Shown: positions 44,195 to 54,460, counted from the stretch's first letter. The stretch: DNA of 64,000 nt from Acidimicrobiia bacterium (GCA_041576165.1 JBFGLM010000004.1:32001-96000), one strand, 5' to 3'. The notes: generated from the letters alone by a model not told the origin. Made by a program: numbers and translations.

Positions 44195-46048
44195 TCAGGC
44201 GGCGTACATCGCTTCTATCTGGGACGCGTATTTCTCCAGCACGACCCGCCGCTTCAGCTTGAGGGACGGTGTCAGCTCACCCGACTCGGGTGTCCAATCG
44301 TCACCGACCACGATCCACTTCTTCGCTTGCTCCACCCGGGCTACCTGCGCATTCGCCTCTTCTACCACCCGATCGATCTCGGCCTTGACTTCCCCCGACG
44401 CAGCAAAGGTCGCCAGGTCCGTGAAAGTCATGCCGTTGCGCTCGGTCCACTGGGGCGCCATCTCGGCATCAAGCGCAATAATCAGCGTGAGGTAGTTGCG
44501 GCCGTCTCCGACGACACACGCCTGGGAAATCAGCGGGTGTTGCTTCACGAGATTCTCCAGCCCGGCCGGCGCAATGTTCTTGCCGGCGGCAGTGACGATG
44601 ATTTCTTTCTTGCGCCCGATGATGGTGACGTAGCCGTCCTCATCCATCTTGCCGAGGTCGCCGGTCATGAGCCAACCGTCCTCTGTGTAGCTCTCGGCGG
44701 TCGCCTCCGGGTTCTTGTAGTACCCGGCGGTGACCAGCCCACCCCGCATCATGATCTCGTCGTCCTCGGCGATGGCGACCTCTACGCCGGGCATCCCCCG
44801 TCCGACCGAGCCGATCTTGTTGGCGCCAGGGACGTTGGTGATCCCCGGTCCAGACGATTCCGTCATGCCGTAGAGCTCGTACACCGGCAATCCGAGCGCC
44901 TGGAAGAACATCAGCAATTCAGGTGCCACCGGGGCAGCGGCCGAGATGGCGATCGTGAGATCGTCCATGCCGAGACCGGAGCGAATCTTGCTGAATACGA
45001 GCCGGTCGAACAGTGCGTTCTTGATCTTTGCTCCCAGCCCGACTGAGCGGCCGGCGTGTTCGGCCTTCACGACATCGACCGCATTGTCGATGGCTCCGAG
45101 CGCCAGTTTGCGACGGCGCTCGTTGGGCTCGGCTTCGAGGCGCGCCATGAGGCCGGCCTGGAATTTCTCCCACACCCTGGGTACGGCGAAGAACACTTGC
45201 GGCCTGGCCTCCTGAACCGCCTCGGCCACCATCGAAAGGTCCGGCACGTAGTGGACCGAGCCGGCCGTCCACAGACCCATGTAGTGGGATGCCATGCGCT
45301 CACCAATATGAGCTAGCGGCAGGTAGGAGACGAACCGGGGGTGTTCGGGGAGATCCACCGAACGGGCGGTGCATTCCGTCGTCCACACGACGTTGCGGTG
45401 GCTGATCATGACGCCTTTGGGGGTTCCGGTCGTGCCCGAGGTGTAGATGAGCGTGGCAAGGTCGTCGGTTGTGACTGCCCCAGATGAGCGGTTGACGGAG
45501 TCCGGGTTGTCGGCCAGGTGCTGCTTTCCACGGGCCACGAAGTCGGCCCATGACAGGACCCAGTCCACTGTCTCGTAGTTCTCGGCACCCTCCATCAGCA
45601 CTACGTACTGCAGGGCGGGCAGGTCGGGCTTGGCGGCCTCCCAGCGCTTCATGTATTCGAGGTTCTCGAGGATGGCGACCTTGGCTTCGCAGTGGCCGGC
45701 GATGTAGGCGATCTGGGGCGTCGCCAGTGTGCTGTACAGCGTCACCGGCGTCGCTCCGGCAAATACCGTCCCGATGTCGGCTAGCACGTGCTCAGGGCGG
45801 TTTCCGGCCTGGATGCCGACGAAATCGCTCTGGCCCACTCCCAGGCTGAGCAGCCCAGCCGCAATATCGGAAACCGTGTCGCGGTATTCCGTCCAGTTCA
45901 TGCTCTGCCGGCTCCCGCCTTCTTTCCAGTAGACCGCCGCCTGCGCAGCAAAACGGTCGGCGTTGCGATTGAGCACGTCGACGAGGGTCATACCCTCAAC
46001 TGCGGCGTCGATCGCCTTGCGCTCTTCCAGCACTTGTTCGGTGCGCAT
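44195..46048 (-). CDS. Long-chain fatty acid-CoA ligase
   Basis: YTSGTTGTPKG, LPLAHI, YGMTE, TGDLG, ELTPSLKLKR. Confidence 0.93.
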   Translation of the reverse strand: MRTEQVLEERKAIDAAVEGMTLVDVLNRNADRFAAQAAVYWKEGGSRQSMNWTEYRDTVSDIAAGLLSLGVGQSDFVGIQAGNRPEHVLADIGTVFAGATPVTLYSTLATPQIAYIAGHCEAKVAILENLEYMKRWEAAKPDLPALQYVVLMEGAENYETVDWVLSWADFVARGKQHLADNPDSVNRSSGAVTTDDLATLIYTSGTTGTPKGVMISHRNVVWTTECTARSVDLPEHPRFVSYLPLAHIGERMASHYMGLWTAGSVHYVPDLSMVAEAVQEARPQVFFAVPRVWEKFQAGLMARLEAEPNERRRKLALGAIDNAVDVVKAEHAGRSVGLGAKIKNALFDRLVFSKIRSGLGMDDLTIAISAAAPVAPELLMFFQALGLPVYELYGMTESSGPGITNVPGANKIGSVGRGMPGVEVAIAEDDEIMMRGGLVTAGYYKNPEATAESYTEDGWLMTGDLGKMDEDGYVTIIGRKKEIIVTAAGKNIAPAGLENLVKQHPLISQACVVGDGRNYLTLIIALDAEMAPQWTERNGMTFTDLATFAASGEVKAEIDRVVEEANAQVARVEQAKKWIVVGDDWTPESGELTPSLKLKRRVVLEKYASQIEAMYAA

Positions 46049-46060
46049 GATTCTCCTCGT

Positions 46061-47200
46061 TCAGCCAATCGCGCCTGTTGCTCGCAGATTACTTATGTCC
46101 TCGTCTTTCCAGCCCAGCTCGGATAGAACCTGGGTCGTGTCCCGCCCCGGCCGGGGCGGTGGGCCCGGCGTGGCCGGCCGTGTACGGCTGAAACGGGGGG
46201 CGGGAGCCGGCTGCACGATGCCTTCCATTTCCATGAACGTCCCGTGCGCCACATTGTGGGGATGCCGGTGCGCCTCTGCCATCGACAGAACCGGGGCGAA
46301 ACACACATCGCTGCCCTCCAACAGCGCAACCCAATGATCGCGGGTCTCAGCGGCAAATGCTTCTTCCAACCGCTGTTTCAGCTGGGGCCAGGCCGCTTTG
46401 TCGTTCTGATCCGGCAGCTCGGACGGGTCCCACCCCAGCTTGGCGAGGAGCTCGGCGTAGAACTGGGGCTCGATCGAACCGATCGAGATGTATCGACCGT
46501 CCGCCGTTTCATACACGTCGTAGTAGTGCGCCCCAGTATCCAGGAAGTTCGACGCACGCGTGTCCGACCAGGCCCCCATGGCCCGCAGCGCATAGATCAT
46601 CGTGGTGAGAATGGCCGAGCCGTCGATCATGGCGGCGTCGATGACCTGGCCCTGCCCCGAGCGCTGTGCTTCGAAAAGTCCGCACACGATGCCGAAGGCC
46701 AGCAACATCCCTCCGCCCCCGAAATCCCCCAGGAGGTTCAGAGGCGGTACTGGCTTCTCCCCGGACCGCCCGATCGGGTAGAGCGCACCGGCCAGCGAGA
46801 TGTAGTTGATGTCGTGGCCGGCCGCTTCGGCCAGCGGTCCGTCCTGGCCCCATCCTGTCATCCGACCATAGACCAGGCGCGGGTTGTGCTCGAGGCACGT
46901 GTCGGGACCAAGCCCCAACCGCTCCATCACCCCCGGGCGAAAACCCTCGATCAGGCCATCGGCAGACTCCAGAAGCTGGAGTGCGATGGCCCGCCCTTCG
47001 GGGTGCTTGAGGTCGATGGCGATGGAGCGACGGCTGCGAGCCGCCACATCCTTCGACTGCCGAGCCGGGTTTGATGCGACCTGCGCGGCCCGGTCGACCC
47101 GGATGACGTCGGCCCCCATGTCGCCCAGCATCATGGCCGTGAATGGACCCGGCCCGATCCCGGCGAATTCGATGATGCGTGCGCCGCTCAGCGGACCCAA
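46061..47200 (-). CDS. CaiB/BaiF family protein (alpha-methylacyl-CoA racemase-like)
   Basis: AGIGPGPF, EGFRPGVMERLG, GHDINY, NLLGDFGGG. Confidence 0.92.
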   Translation of the reverse strand: MGPLSGARIIEFAGIGPGPFTAMMLGDMGADVIRVDRAAQVASNPARQSKDVAARSRRSIAIDLKHPEGRAIALQLLESADGLIEGFRPGVMERLGLGPDTCLEHNPRLVYGRMTGWGQDGPLAEAAGHDINYISLAGALYPIGRSGEKPVPPLNLLGDFGGGGMLLAFGIVCGLFEAQRSGQGQVIDAAMIDGSAILTTMIYALRAMGAWSDTRASNFLDTGAHYYDVYETADGRYISIGSIEPQFYAELLAKLGWDPSELPDQNDKAAWPQLKQRLEEAFAAETRDHWVALLEGSDVCFAPVLSMAEAHRHPHNVAHGTFMEMEGIVQPAPAPRFSRTRPATPGPPPRPGRDTTQVLSELGWKDEDISNLRATGAIG

Positions 47201-47271
47201 CAGATCGCTCCTCGCCAGAGTGGGCCGGACCGTACCAGGCCTCGCCTTCCTCCCCCGTCAGGGGGGTGCGG

Positions 47272-48147
47272 TCAGCGCTCGATCGGCATCCGCACGAGGT
47301 TGCCCCACTCGGTCCACGATCCGTCGTAGTTGCGCACGTTCTCGTAGCCCAGCAGGTGGATGAGTACGAACCAAGTGTGACTCGAGCGCTCCCCGATGCG
47401 ACAGTAGACCACCACCTCGTCGTCGGCGCTGAGCCCGACCTCCCCTTCGTATATCGCCCGCAGCTCGTCTACAGACTTGAATGTGCCGTCGTCATTCGCA
47501 GCCCGTTTCCACGGCACGTTGGCGGCGCCGGCGATATGTCCACCTCGCAAGGCTCCTTCTTGCGGGTAGTCGGGCATGTGGAGTTTCTCGCCGGAGAACT
47601 CTTCGGGCGACCGCACATCGATGAGCGGGAGACGGGCCGTCGAGTGTGCCAGGACCTCGTCCCGGAAGGCCCGGATCGGAGCGTCGTTGCGTGGTACGAC
47701 CGGGTAATCGCCGTTGCTGCGGCCCGGCGCGTCGGTCACGATGGGTCGGCCTTCAGCCAGCCACTTGGCGCGACCCCCGTTCAGCAACCGCAGATCGTCA
47801 TGGCCGAACAACGAGAACACCCAGAGCGCATATGCGGCCCACCAGTTGAAGTTGTCACCATAGAAGATGATGGTGTCGTCCCGGCCAATGCCCTTGGCTT
47901 GCATCAACGAGGCGAATGTCTCGGCATCGCGGTAATCGCGTATCAGCGGGTCGTTCAGTTCCGTATGCCAATCGACCTTGACCGCCCCGGGGATATGGCC
48001 GGTTTCATACAACAGGACGTCTTCGTCTGATTCGACCACGACCATCCCGGGCTCATCGAGGTGGTCGGCCAGCCAATCGGTGGTAACAAGCCGTTCGGGA
48101 TGGGCATACTGCTTGAGTTCGGGCGATGGGTCGAGTGGAACAGACAT
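47272..48147 (-). CDS. sseA: Tandem rhodanese sulfurtransferase
   Basis: [27 protein letters not shown]. Confidence 0.9.
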   Translation of the reverse strand: MSVPLDPSPELKQYAHPERLVTTDWLADHLDEPGMVVVESDEDVLLYETGHIPGAVKVDWHTELNDPLIRDYRDAETFASLMQAKGIGRDDTIIFYGDNFNWWAAYALWVFSLFGHDDLRLLNGGRAKWLAEGRPIVTDAPGRSNGDYPVVPRNDAPIRAFRDEVLAHSTARLPLIDVRSPEEFSGEKLHMPDYPQEGALRGGHIAGAANVPWKRAANDDGTFKSVDELRAIYEGEVGLSADDEVVVYCRIGERSSHTWFVLIHLLGYENVRNYDGSWTEWGNLVRMPIER

Positions 48148-48328
48148 ATGGCCTCCCATGTGTGGCTAGCGGCGCTTGCGCCGGCGGTCAGACGGTTCAC
48201 TTTCGGTCTCCTTTGGGGCCCGGTCGTTGATCGCGTCCTGCGCCGTGCCCAGGGTCCTGGGGCGGGGCGCCCGTCCGGTGCCGGGCTATTTACACTACAA
48301 CCATAGGTTTTAGAGAAGGACGTCGTGA

Positions 48329-48751
48329 ATGTCAATGCCGAACCGCCTCAGTCACATCGTCGAACTCTTCGCAGGCGCCCCGCCGGAGCTGCGGTTGCAG
48401 GCGTTGTTCGACTACTCCAAGCGGGTGCCGCCTGTCCCCGATGACCTTGACACCTCCGAGATGGAAACGGTGCCGGAATGCCAAACGCCCTTCGCGCTGT
48501 GGACTCGGCTGGACGACGAAGGGCTGGTTCGACTGGTCTTCGCCGTCCCCGAAGAGGCCCCGACAGTTCGAGGCTACGCCGGCATCCTCTATGAAGGTCT
48601 CGACGGCGAGACTCCCACCGCCATTCTCGAAGTTCCGCCGGACTTCTACACGCAACTCGGGTTGCGGGATGTCGTTTCGCCCCTGCGTTTGCGCGGGATG
48701 GGTGCGATCGTTACCCGTCTCCGCCATCAGGTGGAGCAACTGGCCGCCTGA
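48329..48751 (+). CDS. sufE: SufE family sulfur acceptor
   Basis: VPECQT, EAPTVRG, VSPLRLRG. Confidence 0.88.
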   Translation: MSMPNRLSHIVELFAGAPPELRLQALFDYSKRVPPVPDDLDTSEMETVPECQTPFALWTRLDDEGLVRLVFAVPEEAPTVRGYAGILYEGLDGETPTAILEVPPDFYTQLGLRDVVSPLRLRGMGAIVTRLRHQVEQLAA

Positions 48752-48809
48752 AGCGCGGGGATCTGGGCAATACCCAGAACGGCACGGCGGCTGTGGTGAG
48801 ATCAGTGAG

Positions 48810-49679
48810 ATGACGACGATCGGAATGTTCGACTCGGGAGTTGGCGGGCTGAGCGTGCTCGCCCATCTCGTCGACCTGACTCCCGGGGCCACGCACATCT
48901 ACCTCGCCGATCAGGCGTTTGCGCCGTACGGCGAGCGGTCGCTGCCGGAGGTGCGGGAACGGGCGCTGGCGGCGGCCGCTGCGTTGCTGGCAGCAGGCGC
49001 GGAGGAAATCGTGGTGGCCTGCAACACCGCATCCGCGGCAGCCCTCGAGGCGATCAGGGTGGCGTATCCCGACGTGCCCGTGGTCGGAATGGAACCAGCC
49101 GTCAAGCCCGCGGTCGCATTGTCGCGAACCGGCACTGTTGCGGTGCTCGCCACTGAGGCCACGTTCCAGGGCGAGCTCTACGCATCCTTGGTTGCCAACT
49201 ACGGAACCGATGCCACCATCATCCAGCTGGTCGGCACGGGTCTGGCCGCCACGGTGGAAGCCGGACGGCTCGCCGGCCCGCAGGTGAGGCGTCTGCTGCG
49301 GCCGCACATCGAGCGCGCCCGTGCCGCCGGTGCCGACGTGCTGGTTCTCGGCTGCACGCACTACCCGTTCATCCGCGACGTCATCGGGGTGCTGGCCGGT
49401 CCCGGCATGGCTGTCGTTGATCCCGCACCGGCGGTGGCCCGCCAAGCGGCGGCCCGGGCACCGGGAGGACCGGCCTTCGAACCCACCAAACCCACCCACG
49501 AAGCCGGAACAGTCACCAATCCGCCCCGCCCTCCGGCCGCACCGAGCGGCGAGAACTCAGCGATCCGTTTTCTGACTACAGGTGATCCTCATCGTTTCGC
49601 TCATCAGATCGCGGCACTCGTTGGCCTCGCGGCCGAGGTGGAGCAGCTGTACATCACCGACCCTGCTGTTCGAGAATGA
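48810..49679 (+). CDS. murI: Glutamate racemase
   Basis: FDSGVGGLSV, PYGER, ACNTAS, LGCTHYP. Confidence 0.95.
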   Translation: MTTIGMFDSGVGGLSVLAHLVDLTPGATHIYLADQAFAPYGERSLPEVRERALAAAAALLAAGAEEIVVACNTASAAALEAIRVAYPDVPVVGMEPAVKPAVALSRTGTVAVLATEATFQGELYASLVANYGTDATIIQLVGTGLAATVEAGRLAGPQVRRLLRPHIERARAAGADVLVLGCTHYPFIRDVIGVLAGPGMAVVDPAPAVARQAAARAPGGPAFEPTKPTHEAGTVTNPPRPPAAPSGENSAIRFLTTGDPHRFAHQIAALVGLAAEVEQLYITDPAVRE

Positions 49680-49962
49680 AGTCGACCACTCGCTGTATCT
49701 GGTCCTCGCTCAGCGTCGTGCCGAACGACGGCATGCGACCCTGCCCGCGCGTCACCGCCTGGATGAAGTAGGACTCCGGCTGGTCGACGGAAGCGGCGTC
49801 ACTACCGCCGAGCTGGGGACCGATGCCGCCTTCGAGCGAACCGCCGTGGCAGCGGGCGCATACCGCGGCGTATATCGCATCACCCGGCGCGTCTGCCGCC
49901 ACCGGCTCGCCACACGCGCCGGCCAACAGGGCCATGGCCAGACAAATGATCAGGTTGCGCAC
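49654..49962 (-). CDS. Small lipoprotein cytochrome c
   Basis: Lipobox-like LAGAC, CARCH heme motif, distal MPSF. Confidence 0.88.
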   Translation of the reverse strand: MRNLIICLAMALLAGACGEPVAADAPGDAIYAAVCARCHGGSLEGGIGPQLGGSDAASVDQPESYFIQAVTRGQGRMPSFGTTLSEDQIQRVVDFILEQQGR

Positions 49963-50021
49963 CGGGCGAGGTTAGGGACACCGCATTCATGCGGGCGCGG
50001 CCAGGCTCCTGTCGCGCCAGC

Positions 50022-50489
50022 TCACGAAGAATGAGTGGCCCCGAATGCGTCCGGCCCGACGGGTTGGTGCGCCACCACGGGAGCCAGCACGATGTTCGTC
50101 ACGGTATCGGCCACGGCCCAGATCCGTTGCAGGACTTCGTCCAGATGTCGGAGTGAGTCCGCCGAGAGCTTCAACCACATGTGCTCCGAGCCGGTCACCC
50201 GATGGGCCTCGCGCACCTGGGGCAGGCTGCTCACCATCTGCTCCAGAGCATCGGGAGCCAAATCACGCTTCGGCGTTGCTCGCACCATCGCCACGATCGG
50301 AAGCCCAACGGCCTCGAGAGACACATCGGCCCGGTACCCGGCGATGATGCCGTCGGTCTGCATCCGCCGCATCCGTTCGGCCACCGCCGGCGCGGTAAGT
50401 CCGACGAGACCGCCCAGCTCGCGGTAGCTGGCCCGTCCGTTGCGTTGCAGCTCGGTGAGGAGCATCCAGCCGATGTCGTCGAGTTTCAT
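50022..50489 (-). CDS. Lrp/AsnC family transcriptional regulator
   Basis: LQRNGRASYRELG...AVAERMRRM...GIIAGY HTH; HRVTG in RAM domain. Confidence 0.93.
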   Translation of the reverse strand: MKLDDIGWMLLTELQRNGRASYRELGGLVGLTAPAVAERMRRMQTDGIIAGYRADVSLEAVGLPIVAMVRATPKRDLAPDALEQMVSSLPQVREAHRVTGSEHMWLKLSADSLRHLDEVLQRIWAVADTVTNIVLAPVVAHQPVGPDAFGATHSS

Positions 50490-50680
50490 GCTGTCCTCTC
50501 AGAACTTTGGAACCGCAAGCCCGGCGCGGATCTGCATCGCCGTATTCATGATTTCAAAAGTCAAATACCGTGCTTGTTTATGTTAATCATGATTCAACAC
50601 CACTATAGATTTGTAATCAAGGTGAATGTGGGTATAGACGATATAAAGGTGATGATAGTGTGACGTAGAAAGGAGCAGAC

Positions 50681-50860
50681 ATGCATTTGACGCCACAATT
50701 CGAACAGTCCTACCGGAACCTCGTACAGACCTGGATGCGCCATCAGTCGGTGCGCCACTCGAGCGATGTGCAGTCTCTTGCCGCTGCTCGATTTGACCTC
50801 GACCGGGCGCGCCGGGACATGGCTGCCGCCCGCCGGAGCCTCCACCAGCGCGCTGCCTGA
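50681..50860 (+). CDS. 59-aa small protein not in the ORF track
   Basis: AAAGGAG SD before ATG 50681; MHLTPQFEQSYRNLVQTWMRHQSVRHSSDVQSLAAARFDLDRARRDMAAARRSLHQRAA; hairpin directly after stop. Confidence 0.75.
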   Translation: MHLTPQFEQSYRNLVQTWMRHQSVRHSSDVQSLAAARFDLDRARRDMAAARRSLHQRAA

Positions 50861-50864
50861 CAAA

Positions 50865-50903
50865 CCGGGGGTTGCGCCACCCGTCGTCGGGCGCGACCCC
50901 CGG
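50865..50903 (+). terminator. Hairpin ending the small-protein transcript
   Basis: CCGGGGGTTGCGCC/GGCGCGACCCCCGG 14-bp stem with one G-U pair. Confidence 0.65.
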
Positions 50904-50942
50904 GACCTTCCTGGGACCTGATCCGACGGTACGCTCCGCCCG

Positions 50943-52472
50943 GTGCGCGTGGCAGTCCTCGATCTAGGTTCCAACTCCTTCCGACTTCTGGTGGCCGACG
51001 TCGAGAAGGGCGGATCGATACGCCCGGTTCTGCGCGAGCGCGAACTCCCGCATCTCGGGGCGCAGCTTGCCCGATCACAGCTGGTCCCCGAGCCAGCCAT
51101 CACGGCGGCAGTTGGCGCGACCAAACGTCTGCATGACCTCGCTGTTCGAACGGGGGCCGACCGCACGATCGCAGTTGCAACCGCCGCCATCCGGGCCGCT
51201 GAGAACCGTGACGCAATCCTCGCCCGGCTCGGCGAGGCGGCCGGAACGACAGTCCGCCTACTCGAAGGTGAAGAGGAGGCACGTCTTGGATTCATCGGGG
51301 TGGCAGCCAGCGTCGCCGTCATGGAGGAGCCTCACGTCACTATGGATCTTGGCGGCGGCAGTCTGGAGTTCGCAGTCGGCTCCGGCCAGACCGTCGTATG
51401 GTCGGCCTCGGTGCCGGTCGGGGTAACCCGTCTTCATGCCGCTCACGTGGCGCACGACCCGATCAGGTCGGATGAGGTAGCGGCAATTGCCGATGAAGTC
51501 ATGACCACCATCGAAGGTTCGGTCGCCGAGATCGGGCGGCGTGACCCGAAAACCGCGGTCGCGATCGGCGGGCCGATCCGAGCGCTGACCCGCGTGATCG
51601 CGGCCCGCACACTCGGCTGGAGGCCGGGGATTCTGAATCAGTTCTACGTGACCGCGGACGAGATCCAGTCCACCATGGAGCAGATGATGGCACTCCAACG
51701 CAGCGAGCGGCTGGCCATTCCCGGCGTGAAGGAGTCCCGGGTGGATGAGATCACCACCACAGCGGTCATCTGGAACGCGATCTTTGAGCGCCTCGGGCTG
51801 GAGCGGGTGTGGGTCTCCTATTGGGGGTTACGCGAAGGCGCGATCATCGATGAGTACGGAGCACATGCCTTCCCGGCGGGCCTCGACCTGCGGGCCGAGT
51901 CGGTCGCCCGCATGGCCCAGCGCTTTGTGAAGGACATGGTCCATTCGGATCATGTCGCGCACCTCGCCGGGAGCCTGTTCGCCCAATCCCGCCGCCTCCA
52001 CGGACTGGCCGAGCGTGACCGCCGGCTGCTGCTGCATGCCGCCCGCCTCCACACGATCGGGATGAGCGTCGCCTTCAATGGTTATGCCCGTCACGGCGCC
52101 TATCTGGTCGAGCATTCCGAGCTGCGTGGGTTCTCACCCAACGAAATCGCCATCCTCGCGAGCCTGGTGCGCTTCCACCGCCGGGGGATCGCCGCCATGG
52201 AGTACGAGCCCTACCGGCACCTGACCAAAGCGTCCCGCACCCGGGTCGACGGCCTTGTAGCGTTACTGCACGCCGCCGACGTCCTCGACCGTTCGCTCGA
52301 CCAGTCGGTGCACGAGGTGGAGCTACGTCATGAGCCGGGCGTCATCCGTCTCCAGCTGATCGGCCCCGACCCCCACATCCGGAGCGACTGGGCAGCGAGC
52401 GCCCGGCGCGCCGTCAGCCATGCCTTCGAGACCGAGCTTGTCTTCGATCAGACCCAGCTCGTCGACGCTTGA
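50943..52472 (+). CDS. ppx: Exopolyphosphatase Ppx/GppA with C-terminal HD-like domain
   Basis: DLGSNSFR, ATAAIR, EEEARL, DLGGGSLE, GLREG. Confidence 0.92.
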   Translation: MRVAVLDLGSNSFRLLVADVEKGGSIRPVLRERELPHLGAQLARSQLVPEPAITAAVGATKRLHDLAVRTGADRTIAVATAAIRAAENRDAILARLGEAAGTTVRLLEGEEEARLGFIGVAASVAVMEEPHVTMDLGGGSLEFAVGSGQTVVWSASVPVGVTRLHAAHVAHDPIRSDEVAAIADEVMTTIEGSVAEIGRRDPKTAVAIGGPIRALTRVIAARTLGWRPGILNQFYVTADEIQSTMEQMMALQRSERLAIPGVKESRVDEITTTAVIWNAIFERLGLERVWVSYWGLREGAIIDEYGAHAFPAGLDLRAESVARMAQRFVKDMVHSDHVAHLAGSLFAQSRRLHGLAERDRRLLLHAARLHTIGMSVAFNGYARHGAYLVEHSELRGFSPNEIAILASLVRFHRRGIAAMEYEPYRHLTKASRTRVDGLVALLHAADVLDRSLDQSVHEVELRHEPGVIRLQLIGPDPHIRSDWAASARRAVSHAFETELVFDQTQLVDA

Positions 52473-52498
52473 ACCGACACGCTGCCGGGCCCGGGCGC

Positions 52499-53479
52499 TT
52501 ACGAGAGCGCCGGCATTACTTCAGACGCGAATCGCCGCAGACCATCAGTGGAAAAGGCCACCTCACCGAAATAGACGATGGCATAGCCGAGCCCGGCGTC
52601 GGACCAGGGCCGTAACCGGTCGATGAGCTGGCCGGGGGTTCCCGCCATCGGGCGGAACGTCCTCTCCACCATATCGACGCGATCTGGCTCGAGCCACTCA
52701 GCATGCCGGTCGCGCATCCAGCGGATGCGCTCCTCGACGTCGGCATCCGTGTCTTCGCATATCACGTCGAAATTGGCCGAGCGGACGATCCGGTCGAAGT
52801 TGGATCCCACTTCGCGGCAATGGCCGGCCAGCACTGCCGATTTGCGGCGGAATTCGTCCACCGTGCCTCCAAAGTTGGTGTAATCGGCGTAGCGGGCGGC
52901 GATTCGTAACGTCAGCTTTTCTCCGCCGCCGGCGATCCAGAGCGGGATGTGCGGATCCTGGCGCGGCTTGGGCTGGCTGATTGCGCCGTTCAGCTGGTAG
53001 TAGCGGCCCTGATAGCTCGCCTCGTCCTCCGTCCACATGGCCCGCATGATCTCAACGCCCTCCTCGAGCATGCCGATGCGGACCGAAGCTTTGGGGAACT
53101 CGTAGCCGTAACCCAGGTACTCGTGTTCATACCAACCGGCACCGATTCCCATCTCGAGCCGGCCGCCGGAGATCACGTCGATCGTCGCCGCCACCTTGGC
53201 GAGGTACGCCGGGGGACGGTACGAGTTGCAGGTGCACATCTGGCCGAGTCGAACGGTATCGGTGGCAGCCGCCAGCGCCGCCATCAGCGACCACGCCTCG
53301 TAGGTGACCTCCTGACTGGGCTCGGGCACCGTGTGGAAATGGTCGTAGACCCAGACCGACTCATAACCCGCTGCCTCGGCGGCACCGGCCACCCCCAGCA
53401 GCACCGGCCAGTGCTCATCGACCGGGAGGCCGGCCAGGTCCATTCTCCAGCCTTGCGGGACAAAGACTCCGAATCTCAT
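52499..53479 (-). CDS. LLM-class (probably F420-dependent) oxidoreductase
   Basis: WVYDHF, RLGQMCTCNSYRPP, SGGRLEMGIGAGW, IAGGGEK. Confidence 0.9.
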   Translation of the reverse strand: MRFGVFVPQGWRMDLAGLPVDEHWPVLLGVAGAAEAAGYESVWVYDHFHTVPEPSQEVTYEAWSLMAALAAATDTVRLGQMCTCNSYRPPAYLAKVAATIDVISGGRLEMGIGAGWYEHEYLGYGYEFPKASVRIGMLEEGVEIMRAMWTEDEASYQGRYYQLNGAISQPKPRQDPHIPLWIAGGGEKLTLRIAARYADYTNFGGTVDEFRRKSAVLAGHCREVGSNFDRIVRSANFDVICEDTDADVEERIRWMRDRHAEWLEPDRVDMVERTFRPMAGTPGQLIDRLRPWSDAGLGYAIVYFGEVAFSTDGLRRFASEVMPALS

Positions 53480-53533
53480 GGACCGGCACCATAGACGGCT
53501 CCTGCCACCACCCGGCTCCCGGGCCGGGCGCCA

Positions 53534-54460
53534 TCAGACCTCGGACGCGGGCAGAGCCACTCTGGCCCGGCGTTCCGCAAGTGACGAAACGGCCACCACT
53601 AACGCCGCCGATACGATGATGAGCACGATCGGAATGCCAACATCTCCGTGCGGCCGGCCGAGCACGGTTGCTCCGAGGCCCGCTTCGTCTCCCAAACCGT
53701 TCGGCCACGGCCATAGAATCCGAATCGATCCCAGCATCAGGCCGATCAGGGCGGCGGTCACCATGTCGTGGTGGCGTTGGAGGACCCGGTCGAGGAATTG
53801 CGAGAAGATCGCAAGGGAGACGACTGCCCCAAGGCCGAACACCGCCAACACGACGGCGTCGCGATCGTTCACGGCTCCGATGACCGGCTGGTACATGCCG
53901 ATCGACAGCAGGAGGAAGGAGCCACTGACTCCCGGCAGAATGAACGCGCAGATCGCCAGGGCCCCCGAGACGAAATACACCGGGAGCGCCGGATCGGAGG
54001 CCAGCGACGACTGGAATCCGAACACGAAGAACGCCACGACTCCCACCCCCCCGGCGACAACCGCATGCGTCGACTCGGGCGATCGAAGGATCCTCCAGGC
54101 CACGACGATGGTGCCCATGATGAGACCCAAGAACACGGCTGCCATTCGGATCGGTTGGTCGTGAAGCAGCCGTTCGATCACCCTGGCCAGCGTCAAAATC
54201 GCGGCGGCCGCCCCCGCGATCAGCGGCAGGAGAAACAGCCAGTCAACTGCGCGTAATCCTTCGAAGCCCCGCCGGATGTCGCCCTTGAGGAAAGCGGCCA
54301 GCGCTTTCGACCCTGTACTGATCGTGCCGACCAAACGCTGATAGATGCCGGTCACCAGGGCGACGGTGCCGCCCGATACGCCCGGCACCACGTCGGCCGA
54401 TCCCATCAGGAATCCCCGGACGGCCACTCCCGCTGCGTCTTTGAGCCGGTTGGCGAGCAT
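53534..54460 (-). CDS. DUF368 membrane protein (undecaprenyl-phosphate recycling family)
   Basis: MGSADVVPGVSGGT and ILPGVSGS repeats; GGAGG SD before ATG 54460. Confidence 0.88.
   Translation of the reverse strand: MLANRLKDAAGVAVRGFLMGSADVVPGVSGGTVALVTGIYQRLVGTISTGSKALAAFLKGDIRRGFEGLRAVDWLFLLPLIAGAAAAILTLARVIERLLHDQPIRMAAVFLGLIMGTIVVAWRILRSPESTHAVVAGGVGVVAFFVFGFQSSLASDPALPVYFVSGALAICAFILPGVSGSFLLLSIGMYQPVIGAVNDRDAVVLAVFGLGAVVSLAIFSQFLDRVLQRHHDMVTAALIGLMLGSIRILWPWPNGLGDEAGLGATVLGRPHGDVGIPIVLIIVSAALVVAVSSLAERRARVALPASEV

Noticed and set aside
50603-51322. 239-aa minus-strand ORF
   Set aside because: Antisense to ppx and to the SD-led 59-aa gene; no motifs
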